Shown here piece after piece: positions 55,154 through 63,917 of a stretch of 64,000 nucleotides of DNA. The DNA lies in NCBI GenBank assembly GCA_964490395.1, contig CAZBAS010000002.1, positions 127,291-191,290 of the forward strand, read 5' to 3'. Under the pieces are notes generated by a model. That model was not told where the DNA came from, made no database searches, and was given only the letters and a program-made list of their open reading frames with translations. This DNA comes from an uncultured Candidatus Saccharibacteria bacterium. GTDB taxonomy: Bacteria > Patescibacteriota > Doudnabacteria > UBA920. Position 1 is the stretch's first letter; every line of letters starts with the position of its first letter. Made by a program: the position numbers and the translations under genes.

Positions 55154-55322
55154 ATAAGCTACATGTAGAAATGATATTACTTACTTATAGTATACTGCTT
55201 CTGCACGAAGTTTGGTGCACACCTGTACGTGGTGCATGGCCAAGCCCACCTGCGCCACGGACACAAAGATTTCGGCACTACAAACATCTTTAAGCAACAC
55301 GTTGAGTGGGTAAAAATGTAAG

Positions 55323-56948
55323 CTACTCAATGAGCTCACCACCAAACACCTGCAAGGCAACTGACAGTGTCTCACCCACAGAAGCATCGGCTTCTTCCCG
55401 CTCAACAAACTGTGCAATCACCCGCACAGGGCCACCAAGAGCAGCTGACACCGTTTGGCTAATAAGCATTTTATTTTTAGTAGACTCCAGCTGCTCCTTG
55501 TGAAAAAGATATTTCACCCCTATGGATATGCAGTTCCCCTCTATAGAACAGATGGGAGAATTCCTCACCAGAGTACCGAGAGGGCCGTTTACGTCTTTAA
55601 GTTTATTGCATACTTCGGGCCACAATTCTCGAACCTGTTGTTCGTCCAGCGTAAAACCTTCAGCCGGAACAGAGGCGTTAGGAGCCGCAACTTGGGCAGT
55701 TTGCGTCGTGCTCGCCTTAGGCAATGTACTTGCCTGAGGCGGTACTGACGTGGCTACTTGTCTTGGCGCCACATCTTCACCAGGGACAGAAGACATGCTT
55801 TTTGCTGCGCGGAGCACAGGCTCTGGCTCTACTCGCTTATCTACCACTGTTCCTGTTATCTGTTTTGATGGTTGTTGAATTTTATACAGTGCTTCTAGGC
55901 TAGCAATGAGTAACGGCAAAGAGCCTTCGGGACTCCCTGGGATTTCTTTATATGATCGCAAAAATTGTCTGAGTAAAAACAAAAGATCTTGCTCCATAAA
56001 CCACCCACTCGCCTGGACAAGCTCAGTCGGAAGCCCGGCTTTCTGCGGAGCCAAACGGGCCACAAGCAACTCCCGAAGGAGCTCTAGTACGTCTCTATTT
56101 ACTGCTTGCATATCAAAATATATTGCAGTAAGCGACTCAAAAAAATGTGGTAACTCTTCTGCAGATCCTGAGTGTATAATGCGCAATAGTTCAGTTAGCG
56201 ATTCTCGGCTGGTTTTGCCCAAGAGCCGTTCTACATCGGACAGACTCGGGTTTGGCCCCAAAGACAGCACTTGGTCTAACAACGTAAGCGCGTCGCGCAT
56301 ACCACCATCGGCTGCGTGCGCTATAAACGCCAGGAATTCTTCTGGAACAGTGCGAGATTCTTGCGCGGCCACCGATGTTAGCTGCGCAACCAATTCTGTT
56401 TCGGAAAACTTGTTAAAAGTGAACACCTGGGCTCGCGAATTTATGGTAGCCGGGACCTTACCCACTTCTGTTGTGGCTAACACAAACACGGTACGACTAG
56501 GCGGCTCTTCAAGCGTTTTAAGCAGCGCATTCCACGCACCCTTAGAGAGCATGTGCGCCTCATCTATAATGTACATTTTATACTTACCGGAAGTAGGCTG
56601 GAACCGAACGGTGTCTATGAGTGACCGCACGTTATCTACGCCAGTATTCGAGGCAGCATCCACCTCCAGCATATCCAAAAAACTCCCTGCATCAATTTCC
56701 CGGCAGACACGACAGTCAAGACAGGCTTCACCATTCTGGACGTTCAGACAGTTCAGCGCGCGGGCTAACACACGGGCCAATGTAGTTTTACCAAGCCCCC
56801 TACCGCCGCAAAACAAATATGCATGCGCCGGATTATCGGCCACTACAGCGTTCTGCAAAGTACGCACGATATGGGCCTGTCCAATGACGTCGGAAAAGCG
56901 TTTTGGTCTATAGGTTCGGTATAAAGCGGGCATACGTAAAGTGCGCAA
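55323..56948 (-). CDS. dnaX: DNA polymerase III subunit gamma/tau.
   Basis: Walker A GGRGLGKTT, Zn-module CxxC...CxxC, SRC/sensor motifs, and a Pro/Gln/Ala-rich linker. 541 aa. Confidence 0.9.
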   Translation of the reverse strand: MRTLRMPALYRTYRPKRFSDVIGQAHIVRTLQNAVVADNPAHAYLFCGGRGLGKTTLARVLARALNCLNVQNGEACLDCRVCREIDAGSFLDMLEVDAASNTGVDNVRSLIDTVRFQPTSGKYKMYIIDEAHMLSKGAWNALLKTLEEPPSRTVFVLATTEVGKVPATINSRAQVFTFNKFSETELVAQLTSVAAQESRTVPEEFLAFIAHAADGGMRDALTLLDQVLSLGPNPSLSDVERLLGKTSRESLTELLRIIHSGSAEELPHFFESLTAIYFDMQAVNRDVLELLRELLVARLAPQKAGLPTELVQASGWFMEQDLLFLLRQFLRSYKEIPGSPEGSLPLLIASLEALYKIQQPSKQITGTVVDKRVEPEPVLRAAKSMSSVPGEDVAPRQVATSVPPQASTLPKASTTQTAQVAAPNASVPAEGFTLDEQQVRELWPEVCNKLKDVNGPLGTLVRNSPICSIEGNCISIGVKYLFHKEQLESTKNKMLISQTVSAALGGPVRVIAQFVEREEADASVGETLSVALQVFGGELIE

Positions 56949-57010
56949 TTATGAAGTAAGTCGCCTCCTCGGCGGCCCGCCGAAGAGGCGGGAATTATGA
57001 ATTATGCGCC
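56949..57010. repeat. Family-5 words (AATTATGAAGTAAG / GGAATTATGAATTATG) flanking a GC-rich hairpin CGCCTCCTCGGCGG-CC-CCGCCGAAGAGGCG (56962-56990).
   Basis: 14-bp GC stem with one mismatch, inside AT-rich family-5 flanks. The partner arm CATAATTCTTACTTCATAC lies at 57127-57146. Confidence 0.65.
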
Positions 57011-57159
57011 CAGAAAGGTGGCATGAGCGCAAATTCTGCCTATGGATTTACATTATAGCATGGACCTTTGAAGAAGATTTTCTTTACTAAAATACCCTGC
57101 TTTTACAGGGTATTTATTCATGACTCATAATTCTTACTTCATACTTCTGGTCAGCCATT

Positions 57160-57888
57160 CTAGCGCTTAAACACAAACAACTTATACCCAATAAAATTCC
57201 AGGCTAAGGATATAAACACAGCGGCAAGTTTGGCAACATTTTTCACAAAACTCGGAGCAAGTGAGGGGGTAGCATGGAGAATAAGCGCCGCCAGCCCAGC
57301 CAGTACTATGCTATTTATAATCACCCCTATAATACTCACGAAAATAAATTTACCAAATTCCGTACTCACTGCGCCTTCCGTTGGCTTATGAAAACCAATG
57401 TTCACCCCAATAATAATTTGTAGTAAAAAGAAAAGTAATAACACTACGCCATAGTACAGGCCACTTCCTGTTATCACCGCCACAGGATGGCTACTATGCA
57501 CACCAACCAAAGTCGACAGTACGGGAATGCGATGGGTCGGATCCGCAAGGACCTCAGTCAACGAGGGCAAAATTGCTGCTATAAACGTGCACGCCCCAAG
57601 TCCTCCCACCAACACCATACCAAAGAAATGTTTGAGCACCGATACTGTAGAATCAGCAGCAAACGCCCAGTATTTATTCCAGTAATAACTTTGTATAATT
57701 GCCACTGTAACACCCACAACATTCACATAGGCCAATAATTTTGAGCCAGCATCTATGTGAAGGTAGTTCGTGAGCAAATTCAATATGACAAAATCTACGG
57801 CTGTATTAAGAGCGCCAATACATGCAAATCTAAGCAATTGCAAAATAATTGGCTTTCTACTGAGCAACGCGGTAAGTTGTGGGAACAT
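57160..57888 (-). CDS. GtrA-family membrane protein (N-terminal GtrA-like domain plus extra TM helices).
   Basis: LLRFACIGALNTAVDFVILNLL-type GtrA helix pattern. 6-7 TM helices. Confidence 0.45.
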   Translation of the reverse strand: MFPQLTALLSRKPIILQLLRFACIGALNTAVDFVILNLLTNYLHIDAGSKLLAYVNVVGVTVAIIQSYYWNKYWAFAADSTVSVLKHFFGMVLVGGLGACTFIAAILPSLTEVLADPTHRIPVLSTLVGVHSSHPVAVITGSGLYYGVVLLLFFLLQIIIGVNIGFHKPTEGAVSTEFGKFIFVSIIGVIINSIVLAGLAALILHATPSLAPSFVKNVAKLAAVFISLAWNFIGYKLFVFKR

Positions 57889-57902
57889 AGAAATATAATA
57901 AA

Positions 57903-57991
57903 ATGCCTAATGTCTAATTCTTAATTTCTAATGCGAAGCCTAAAAACATTTGACTCTTGCATTAGAAATTGGATATTAGAAATTAGACATT
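57903..57991. repeat. Word-palindrome, family 2, copy 5.
   Basis: TGCCTAATGTCTAATTCTTAATTTCTAATG...CATTAGAAATTGGATATTAGAAATTAGACATTC. Confidence 0.75.
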
Positions 57992-57995
57992 CTTT

Positions 57996-58646
57996 TTAAA
58001 GCTCTTCCTCTTCGGGCAACAAGCCTGAAGATTCGGTCCGAGGCGCTGGTTCATCACCTTCATTGATAAGCTCCATGCTTGCGCCAGCCTCAGCATGCTC
58101 ACCTTTCTTGATAACGTTTTCAACGGCTGCCCAGGTCGCTTCTTTTCCTTCCGGAAGAATAATAGTTACTTCGTCTCCAGGCTCTGCTTTGAAATACGTA
58201 AGGGACGCAAGCAACACACGGTATGGCTTACCATCTGCCAGCACTCGGAAGTCTGAACGTTCGTCCTGCACCAAAATACCCAAGACTTTTTTCCGATCAA
58301 TAGGGCCAATTTGCTTATATATGAACGACCCATCGTCTGCAATGGTAAGTTTAAGCACGTCACCTTCAACAAGTTTGCTCTTAGAAGCATAGTTGGCAGG
58401 CACTGGATACTGTTTCCCGTCTGGGCCAATCATGTTTTGTCCATCGAACACACCTTCAATAACTTTACCGCCCCCAGTTACGGAAAGCATAGCTGCTTTG
58501 GTCGCTAGGTTTTCAGCTGAAGGAGCACGCAAAGAAACGCCAGCGCCGCCCATAACTTCCCGGAGGAGCTGTTTAGCAGACTGGAGGTTCTTTTCCGCAG
58601 ATTCAATCATCTGACTCAAAAGAGCCAAATTTTCTAACTTATCCAT
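57996..58646 (-). CDS. Hypothetical protein with an N-terminal coiled coil, two small repeated beta modules and an acidic tail.
   Basis: ORF preceded by the extended -10 TGATATACT (58688-58696, minus strand). Internal repeat GDVLKLTIADDGSFIY / GDEVTIILPEGKEATW. Confidence 0.45.
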   Translation of the reverse strand: MDKLENLALLSQMIESAEKNLQSAKQLLREVMGGAGVSLRAPSAENLATKAAMLSVTGGGKVIEGVFDGQNMIGPDGKQYPVPANYASKSKLVEGDVLKLTIADDGSFIYKQIGPIDRKKVLGILVQDERSDFRVLADGKPYRVLLASLTYFKAEPGDEVTIILPEGKEATWAAVENVIKKGEHAEAGASMELINEGDEPAPRTESSGLLPEEEEL

Positions 58647-58734
58647 ATCTTTTTGTTTATGTTTCTAATCTTATGAAACTTAAGAATAGTATATCATAGC
58701 CTCGCGCAATTGCAAACACAAAAGGATCAGAATC

Positions 58735-58815
58735 AAGAATTACGAATTATGAATTAAGTAAACGCCGTCCAACCCGTCGCCACTGTTAGGAGCATAATTC
58801 ATAATTCTTGATTCA
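58735..58815. repeat. Word-palindrome, family 5 (GAATCAAGAATTACGAATTATGAATTAAG ... CATAATTCATAATTCTTGATTCATAATTC).
   Basis: Inverted GAATTATGAAT-word arms. Confidence 0.75.
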
Positions 58816-58824
58816 TAATTCTTC

Positions 58825-61359
58825 CTACAATGTTCTTTCAATGGACGCAGATCCTGCAGCCATCATATCGGCCACCATGCTTGCCTCCATTACTTCGGCT
58901 TCTACTTCGGCACGGGGGCGACCGTATTTAAGGCGACTCAACTGCCGTATAGCTTCGGCTATTTCTTTTTGCCTGTCAGTTGGCTTTGGCAGTGCATAAG
59001 TTGCCATGTTAAACGGCTTACTTGCTGTGCCATTTATCATAAGTTTAATAAAGCCGTTATACCGCTCTACGTTTACCAAATCGAATTCGTTGAACGTTGG
59101 CGCCATTTCTTTTGCCATTGCCTCCGCGTCTTCCACACCAATGCGGAAGGTAACCATAGTACCTGCATTACCAAATACTGCATCGCGCAAGCTCTTTGAC
59201 CCTGCTCCTTGTGCTCCTGCACCTTGTTCTAATTGAGCCAAATACTGGTGCGCAATTATCAGATTCAATCGATACTTTCTCGCCTCTGAGAGAATAGACT
59301 CAAACGCATCGGTAATAAAGTTTTGGAACTCATCTACGTACAAGTAAAAATCTTTGCGCTCGCTTTCACGGATGTCTGCGCGTGATAGCGCTGCCATTTG
59401 GAGCTTGGAAACAATTATCAGACCAAGCAATTTTGCGTTCATCTCCCCTACCCGCCCTTTAGACAAGTTCACGAGTAGTATTTTACCTTCGTCCATTATT
59501 TGGCGAAAATTGAACGAGCTATGAGGCTGGCCTACTATGTTACGGATCATGCCGTTTTCCACAAACCTACCAACCTTCGACACCAAGTACCCAAGCATTT
59601 CGCTTTTATGGAAATCGCTCGTTTTAGCCATTTCTTTTTCCCAAAACGCACGTACCAGAGGATCTTTAAGTTTGGAAACTTTGTATTTCTGAAACTCCAT
59701 ATCGGTAAAAATACGCGGTATATCTACAAGCGTCCCAGGGTTCTCTTCGTCCGCCATAAGGGTAAGCATGGCGTTGCGCATATTGTGCTCAAACATAGGC
59801 CCAAGCATAGCAGGGTCTGTAACGAGCTTGTAAAATATGGAGATCATTTCTTGGACAGCGAAGTCTTTCTGCGCCTCGTCTGGAGCTTCCAGCATATTCA
59901 GTCCGAGCGGACGTTCTATATCTGCAGGTTCAAACAGCACCACATCCTCTGCCCGCTCTTTCGGTACATGCGGCAATATGTCTTCTATAAAATCACCGTG
60001 CGGATCGATAATGCACAAGCCTTCGCCAGCTTGTATATCTTGCACCGCCATATTCTTCATAATTTCCGTTTTTCCAACACCAGTACGTCCAATAATATAC
60101 GTATGGCGTCGCCTATCATCACGCGCCATGCGTATTTTAGTGTCGAAATTGCGATACTCGTTACGGCCGAGCAGCACCCCTTCCACCGGCAAGTTAATAG
60201 GTGGCGGAGCCTTTTTTGAAACAAGCCATTTAATATTTGGCGTTTCAAGAAAACTCCCTGGCAGGTGCCAAAGGCTAGTAAGTTCTTCAGTATTTACTAT
60301 CTGATCTTTAAAAAAGTTACTCCTATAGACTCGGAAGATAAAATCTTTTACTATGTCATTTTTGTCGCGAGACCGCGCTTTGAGCGCGTTAAAAGGAGGC
60401 ATGTTGAACTGGAGAAAAGAAGAAGTAATGCCAGACAAGTGCAAACGAGCATTTCCCGGTATGGTAGATGCCGCAACAATACGAATATTCGTCTTAAACC
60501 CCGGACGGCTCGCTTTTTCCTCAAGCCGCTTTACAATTTCTTGCTGCATGGGGGTAAGGCTAATAGGACTATCAAGCCCACTCAAATCTTTTTTATTTAC
60601 CCCTTCTTTACTTCCCCCTGTAACCGCGCTCGTAAGCCCTTTTGAAACCTCATGCATGAGCTTACTGAATACACCCTGGCCTACAGACTCAGGATTCTTT
60701 CCCTGTTGAATTTCAAGAGCGGTTCGCCGAGGCCCGTTTTGCCACGAGCTACCCGCAGGAAGAATAATATACTGTATTGCTGCGCCTTCATTGTCTTGCA
60801 GCTTGCTCATGGCGTTTGTAACTGCATTGAGCGGATCGGTTTCCATAGCCTTATAGGTCCGGAGTGGGTACATATACGACTTAGCAAGCTCAAGCTCTGT
60901 TGCCTGTACCTCCGCCCCTTCTGGAAATGGATTGTACATTTCAACCTCATCAATAAACGCATGAGGGTACTGAGCATGAATCTGCTTTTCAATAAGGTCG
61001 TGGAGTCGTTTTGGACAATTTATATAAAAGCTTATCTTCTTGTCTATGCAGGCAATTTCAAAACTTATGTAATCCTTACTCCCCAAAAAGCCACTCTCGT
61101 GTCCAACATCAGAAATAGCAGTAAATAGCTGCTCGCCTATGGAAATACTATTTTTACGGTCATCACTTGCCTGACCGCGCTGCTGATCTTCATTTTTACT
61201 CTCTTTGGGCATTTGCACTTCCAAGAATACCCACTCCAGGGTCCTCGGCGTAATAATGCGAGTGTTATATATATGGTGCTTTGCGTAGTACACGAGCACA
61301 ACAAAAAACCCTACTACAAGGAATGCGAGTACGAGCAACGTTATAGTGAATACATCCAT
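58825..61359 (-). CDS. Membrane-anchored type IV secretion coupling-protein-like ATPase (TraD/TrwB/VirD4 family P-loop NTPase), with an ~420-aa N-terminal domain of unknown function.
   Basis: N-terminal TM helix. Walker A IIGRTGVGKTE followed by the CIIDPHGDF block typical of TrwB/VirD4 AAD. Walker B LYVDEFQNF and the ...LNLIIAHQYLAQL motif. 844 aa. Confidence 0.55.
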   Translation of the reverse strand: MDVFTITLLVLAFLVVGFFVVLVYYAKHHIYNTRIITPRTLEWVFLEVQMPKESKNEDQQRGQASDDRKNSISIGEQLFTAISDVGHESGFLGSKDYISFEIACIDKKISFYINCPKRLHDLIEKQIHAQYPHAFIDEVEMYNPFPEGAEVQATELELAKSYMYPLRTYKAMETDPLNAVTNAMSKLQDNEGAAIQYIILPAGSSWQNGPRRTALEIQQGKNPESVGQGVFSKLMHEVSKGLTSAVTGGSKEGVNKKDLSGLDSPISLTPMQQEIVKRLEEKASRPGFKTNIRIVAASTIPGNARLHLSGITSSFLQFNMPPFNALKARSRDKNDIVKDFIFRVYRSNFFKDQIVNTEELTSLWHLPGSFLETPNIKWLVSKKAPPPINLPVEGVLLGRNEYRNFDTKIRMARDDRRRHTYIIGRTGVGKTEIMKNMAVQDIQAGEGLCIIDPHGDFIEDILPHVPKERAEDVVLFEPADIERPLGLNMLEAPDEAQKDFAVQEMISIFYKLVTDPAMLGPMFEHNMRNAMLTLMADEENPGTLVDIPRIFTDMEFQKYKVSKLKDPLVRAFWEKEMAKTSDFHKSEMLGYLVSKVGRFVENGMIRNIVGQPHSSFNFRQIMDEGKILLVNLSKGRVGEMNAKLLGLIIVSKLQMAALSRADIRESERKDFYLYVDEFQNFITDAFESILSEARKYRLNLIIAHQYLAQLEQGAGAQGAGSKSLRDAVFGNAGTMVTFRIGVEDAEAMAKEMAPTFNEFDLVNVERYNGFIKLMINGTASKPFNMATYALPKPTDRQKEIAEAIRQLSRLKYGRPRAEVEAEVMEASMVADMMAAGSASIERTL

Positions 61360-61393
61360 TGGTTTTTTGTTTTTCTATGTGCGAATTACTTCC

Positions 61394-61831
61394 TTACACT
61401 ATGCCACCGAGCCCGTGTTCTTTATGGGATTGTTCAACTAGTAAATCCACTTCTTCGTTCAATATTGCGGGCCTCACCGCTGACTTGGAATCGGCCACCA
61501 GCAACTCAAGTTTTTTTGCAGTGCTGAGCTTTGCTGCGTCTTCCAGACTAACTCCTGTAATTTTTGCATAGAGCTCATCCACCTGCGCGGGGGTAGGTGG
61601 TGCAATCACTGCCCCAGCAGGGTCTGAAGCTGCCGCTGCTACTACCCCAAGCGCTGAAGCCTTATGTATTACATCACCAAGCCGCTCAGCCTCCGCCTTT
61701 GACTCAGCAGCTATATATTTGGTCTCCGCGCTTACGTCGGCTTTCTTTTCAACTTGCTCTACAACATCTGGTACAACTTCGGGTGCCGATTCAGGGCTAT
61801 TTATTTTAGGAATTTCTGGTGCAGTTGCCAT
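61394..61831 (-). CDS. Acidic hypothetical protein (145 aa), probably co-transcribed with the downstream ATPase gene (34-bp gap).
   Basis: ORF preceded by the extended -10 TGTGGTATAAT. Confidence 0.4.
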   Translation of the reverse strand: MATAPEIPKINSPESAPEVVPDVVEQVEKKADVSAETKYIAAESKAEAERLGDVIHKASALGVVAAAASDPAGAVIAPPTPAQVDELYAKITGVSLEDAAKLSTAKKLELLVADSKSAVRPAILNEEVDLLVEQSHKEHGLGGIV

Positions 61832-61876
61832 ATAGGGGGTTCACACTTTTTCCGCTCCGTTACTCTAATATTATTG

Positions 61877-61888
61877 AATTATACCACA
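61877..61888 (-). promoter_or_regulatory. Extended -10 promoter element TGTGGTATAATT (minus strand).
   Basis: Perfect TGnTATAAT-class motif 46 bp upstream of the 61831 start. Confidence 0.45.
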
Positions 61889-61904
61889 ATTGGCTCTCGT
61901 CGCA

Positions 61905-61933
61905 TAAAAAAACACGAGGCACTGCCTCGTGTT
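61905..61933 (-). terminator. Rho-independent terminator downstream of secY (hairpin ACACGAGGCAGTGCCTCGTGT + T8 on the minus strand).
   Basis: Stem 61913-61933 followed by TTTTTTTT (61905-61912) on the minus strand. Confidence 0.75.
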
Positions 61934-61962
61934 TGGTATACAACTCCACCGTTTACTACAAC

Positions 61963-63243
61963 CTATACTTCGTCGTAGTCATGAACGCTGAGCTGCGCTT
62001 CAATTTGTTTTATAGTCTCTATTACCACTGCAACAACAATGAGGATGCTAGTACCACCAAGAGTTAACGCCTGGGTTCCAGTAAATTTCTGAAGCAAGAA
62101 TGGCATGATGGCTATGAGACCCAAGAACACAGCGCCGGGTAACGTAATGCGGTTCAGTACTTTGTACAAATAGTCTGCTGTTTGCTTGCCTGGACGGAGC
62201 CCTGGAACAAAGCCACCGTTTTTCTGTACATTTTCAGCCACTTCGTCTGGATTAAACACCACCGCGGTGTAGAAATAGGTAAACACCACAACCAATACAA
62301 AGTAGGCAATACCGTAATACATGTTCTGAGAATTAAACAGGCTTATTACTTTTCCTGCATAATTGGCAACCACAGCAGATTTCGCATTTACAAAGAATTG
62401 AGCAATGAGCGCCGGGAACAAAAGCATGGAAATGGCAAAGATGATTGGAATAACCCCAGCCTGGTTTAACCGTAAAGGCAAGTGAGTATTTACACCACCA
62501 TATTGCTTATCGCCCCTTACGCGCCGAGCGTAGGAAATAGGTATATTTCGCTGGGCTTCGGTAATGAGAATAATACCAGCTACCACCAAAAGCCCTATAG
62601 CTATGTACCCCAAGAACACGGGCAAACGGGAAGGATCGTAGAAACTTATAACCGACTTCAAGCTAAATGGTAACCGGGCAATAATACCGGCAAATATTAC
62701 CAAACTTACACCGTTACCAATGCCGTACTCAGTAATAATTTCCCCTATCCACATAATTATCATAGTTCCTGCAGTCACGGAAAGTAGGGTCAAGAACCAC
62801 TGATACGACGTAAAGCTTGGCAATAATTGGCCACCAGCCTGGCTTTGCAAAAGGCGAATAGTACCAAAACCTTGCAAGAGCGCGAGCGGAATAGTCAGGT
62901 AGCGCATGTACATGTTCATCTTGAGCCTACCCTGCTCCCCGCCTTCTTTTTGCATTTCACCAAGGGATGGAATAATCACGGCCAGTAACTGAATTATAAT
63001 GGACGCCGTAATATAAGGACCAACACCGAGCATGGCCAAAGAGAAATTGGTAAGACCACCACCAGAGAAAAGATCGAGCAGGCCTAGAAACTGGTTTTGA
63101 TCGAGCGCGCTCTTAAGAGCAGAAGCATCTACCCCAGGAATAGGTATGTGCGCAAAGACACGTGTAACTAAAAGCAGGCCGATAATCCAGAGGATCCGTA
63201 CCCGCAAATCTTTCGTTTTCCAAATGAGAGAAATTTTATTCAT
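61963..63243 (-). CDS. secY: Preprotein translocase subunit SecY.
   Basis: 10-TM SecY with conserved blocks (GIGNGVSLVIF, plug/hinge regions). 426 aa. Confidence 0.9.
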   Translation of the reverse strand: MNKISLIWKTKDLRVRILWIIGLLLVTRVFAHIPIPGVDASALKSALDQNQFLGLLDLFSGGGLTNFSLAMLGVGPYITASIIIQLLAVIIPSLGEMQKEGGEQGRLKMNMYMRYLTIPLALLQGFGTIRLLQSQAGGQLLPSFTSYQWFLTLLSVTAGTMIIMWIGEIITEYGIGNGVSLVIFAGIIARLPFSLKSVISFYDPSRLPVFLGYIAIGLLVVAGIILITEAQRNIPISYARRVRGDKQYGGVNTHLPLRLNQAGVIPIIFAISMLLFPALIAQFFVNAKSAVVANYAGKVISLFNSQNMYYGIAYFVLVVVFTYFYTAVVFNPDEVAENVQKNGGFVPGLRPGKQTADYLYKVLNRITLPGAVFLGLIAIMPFLLQKFTGTQALTLGGTSILIVVAVVIETIKQIEAQLSVHDYDEV

Positions 63244-63377
63244 TGTAGTAATCGCGAATATACAAATTATATACCAAAATGTAGTAATCGCGAATATACA
63301 AATCTAGGGCAATATACGAATCTCAGAATTGGCCGTGATTTGTATATTTGTTTCTATTCGTATATTTGCGAATGCTA
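63244..63377. repeat. Word-palindrome singleton (GTAGTAATCGCGAATATACAAAT x2 direct ... ATTTGTATATTTGTTTCTATTCGTATATTTGCGAATGCTACTAT).
   Basis: Two direct 23-mers followed by their imperfect reverse complement. Confidence 0.7.
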
Positions 63378-63818
63378 CTATTTTACGCTGCCGCCAGCTG
63401 CTTTGATTGCCTCTGCAACAGATTTAGAGGTAGCTACTTTTATATCAAATTTTGCGCTCACCTTAGCTATTCCAACAATTTTAACTTTTGCTACAGATGC
63501 AGCAACCAGTTTTTTTGAACGGAGTACAGAAACGGTCACTGTTCCACCATCAGGAAATGCCTTTACAAGCTTGTCTAAACGGATTGCAGTAGCTTCTTCA
63601 CGAGGGCTTCTAAAACCTCGGTTCTTTGGCAATTGGCGCACCAATGGCTGGCGGCCACCTTCAAACGCTACTGGCATCTTGGAGTGACCAGTTCGAGCGG
63701 TTTGACCCTTACCACCACGAGTGGAATACGTACCTTTACCACTACCAAGACCACGACCAACAACTTTTTTGCGGTGAGTAGACTTCGGATGTTTACGGAT
63801 TGTGTGAAGTTGTAACAT
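63378..63818 (-). CDS. rplO: 50S ribosomal protein L15.
   Basis: N-terminus MLQLHTIRKHPKS..RKKVVGRGLGSGKGTYSTRGGKGQ is typical of L15. 146 aa. Confidence 0.85.
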   Translation of the reverse strand: MLQLHTIRKHPKSTHRKKVVGRGLGSGKGTYSTRGGKGQTARTGHSKMPVAFEGGRQPLVRQLPKNRGFRSPREEATAIRLDKLVKAFPDGGTVTVSVLRSKKLVAASVAKVKIVGIAKVSAKFDIKVATSKSVAEAIKAAGGSVK

Positions 63819-63826
63819 ATATACGC

Positions 63827-63915
63827 TGAAATTTCTAATTTCTAATTTCTAATTTCTAATGAGGTATCTAATCATGAGCTTACTAATTAGATATTAGAAA
63901 TTAGATATTGGGCAT
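63827..63915. repeat. Word-palindrome, family 2, copy 6 (four tandem TTTCTAAT words ... TTAGATATTAGAAATTAGATATTGGGCATTC).
   Basis: Inverted TCTAAT-word arms between rpsE and rplO. Confidence 0.75.
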
Positions 63916-63917
63916 TC

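Noticed and set aside
55906-56913. 335-aa plus-strand ORF inside dnaX, and similar long antisense ORFs inside the coupling-ATPase gene (59500-60219), the 12609-13268 gene (12651-13151) and others.
   Set aside because: They are Ser/Arg/Cys-rich shadow ORFs fully antisense to well-supported conserved genes, and have no start context.
58825-61359. The large ATPase as FtsK/SpoIIIE rather than a coupling-protein-like ATPase.
   Set aside because: It has a single N-terminal TM instead of the 4-5 TM FtsK N-domain. It has no recognisable gamma (KOPS-binding) tail. The Walker A context GxTGxGKT...DPxGD fits the TrwB/VirD4 AAD family better. This cannot be settled without a profile search.
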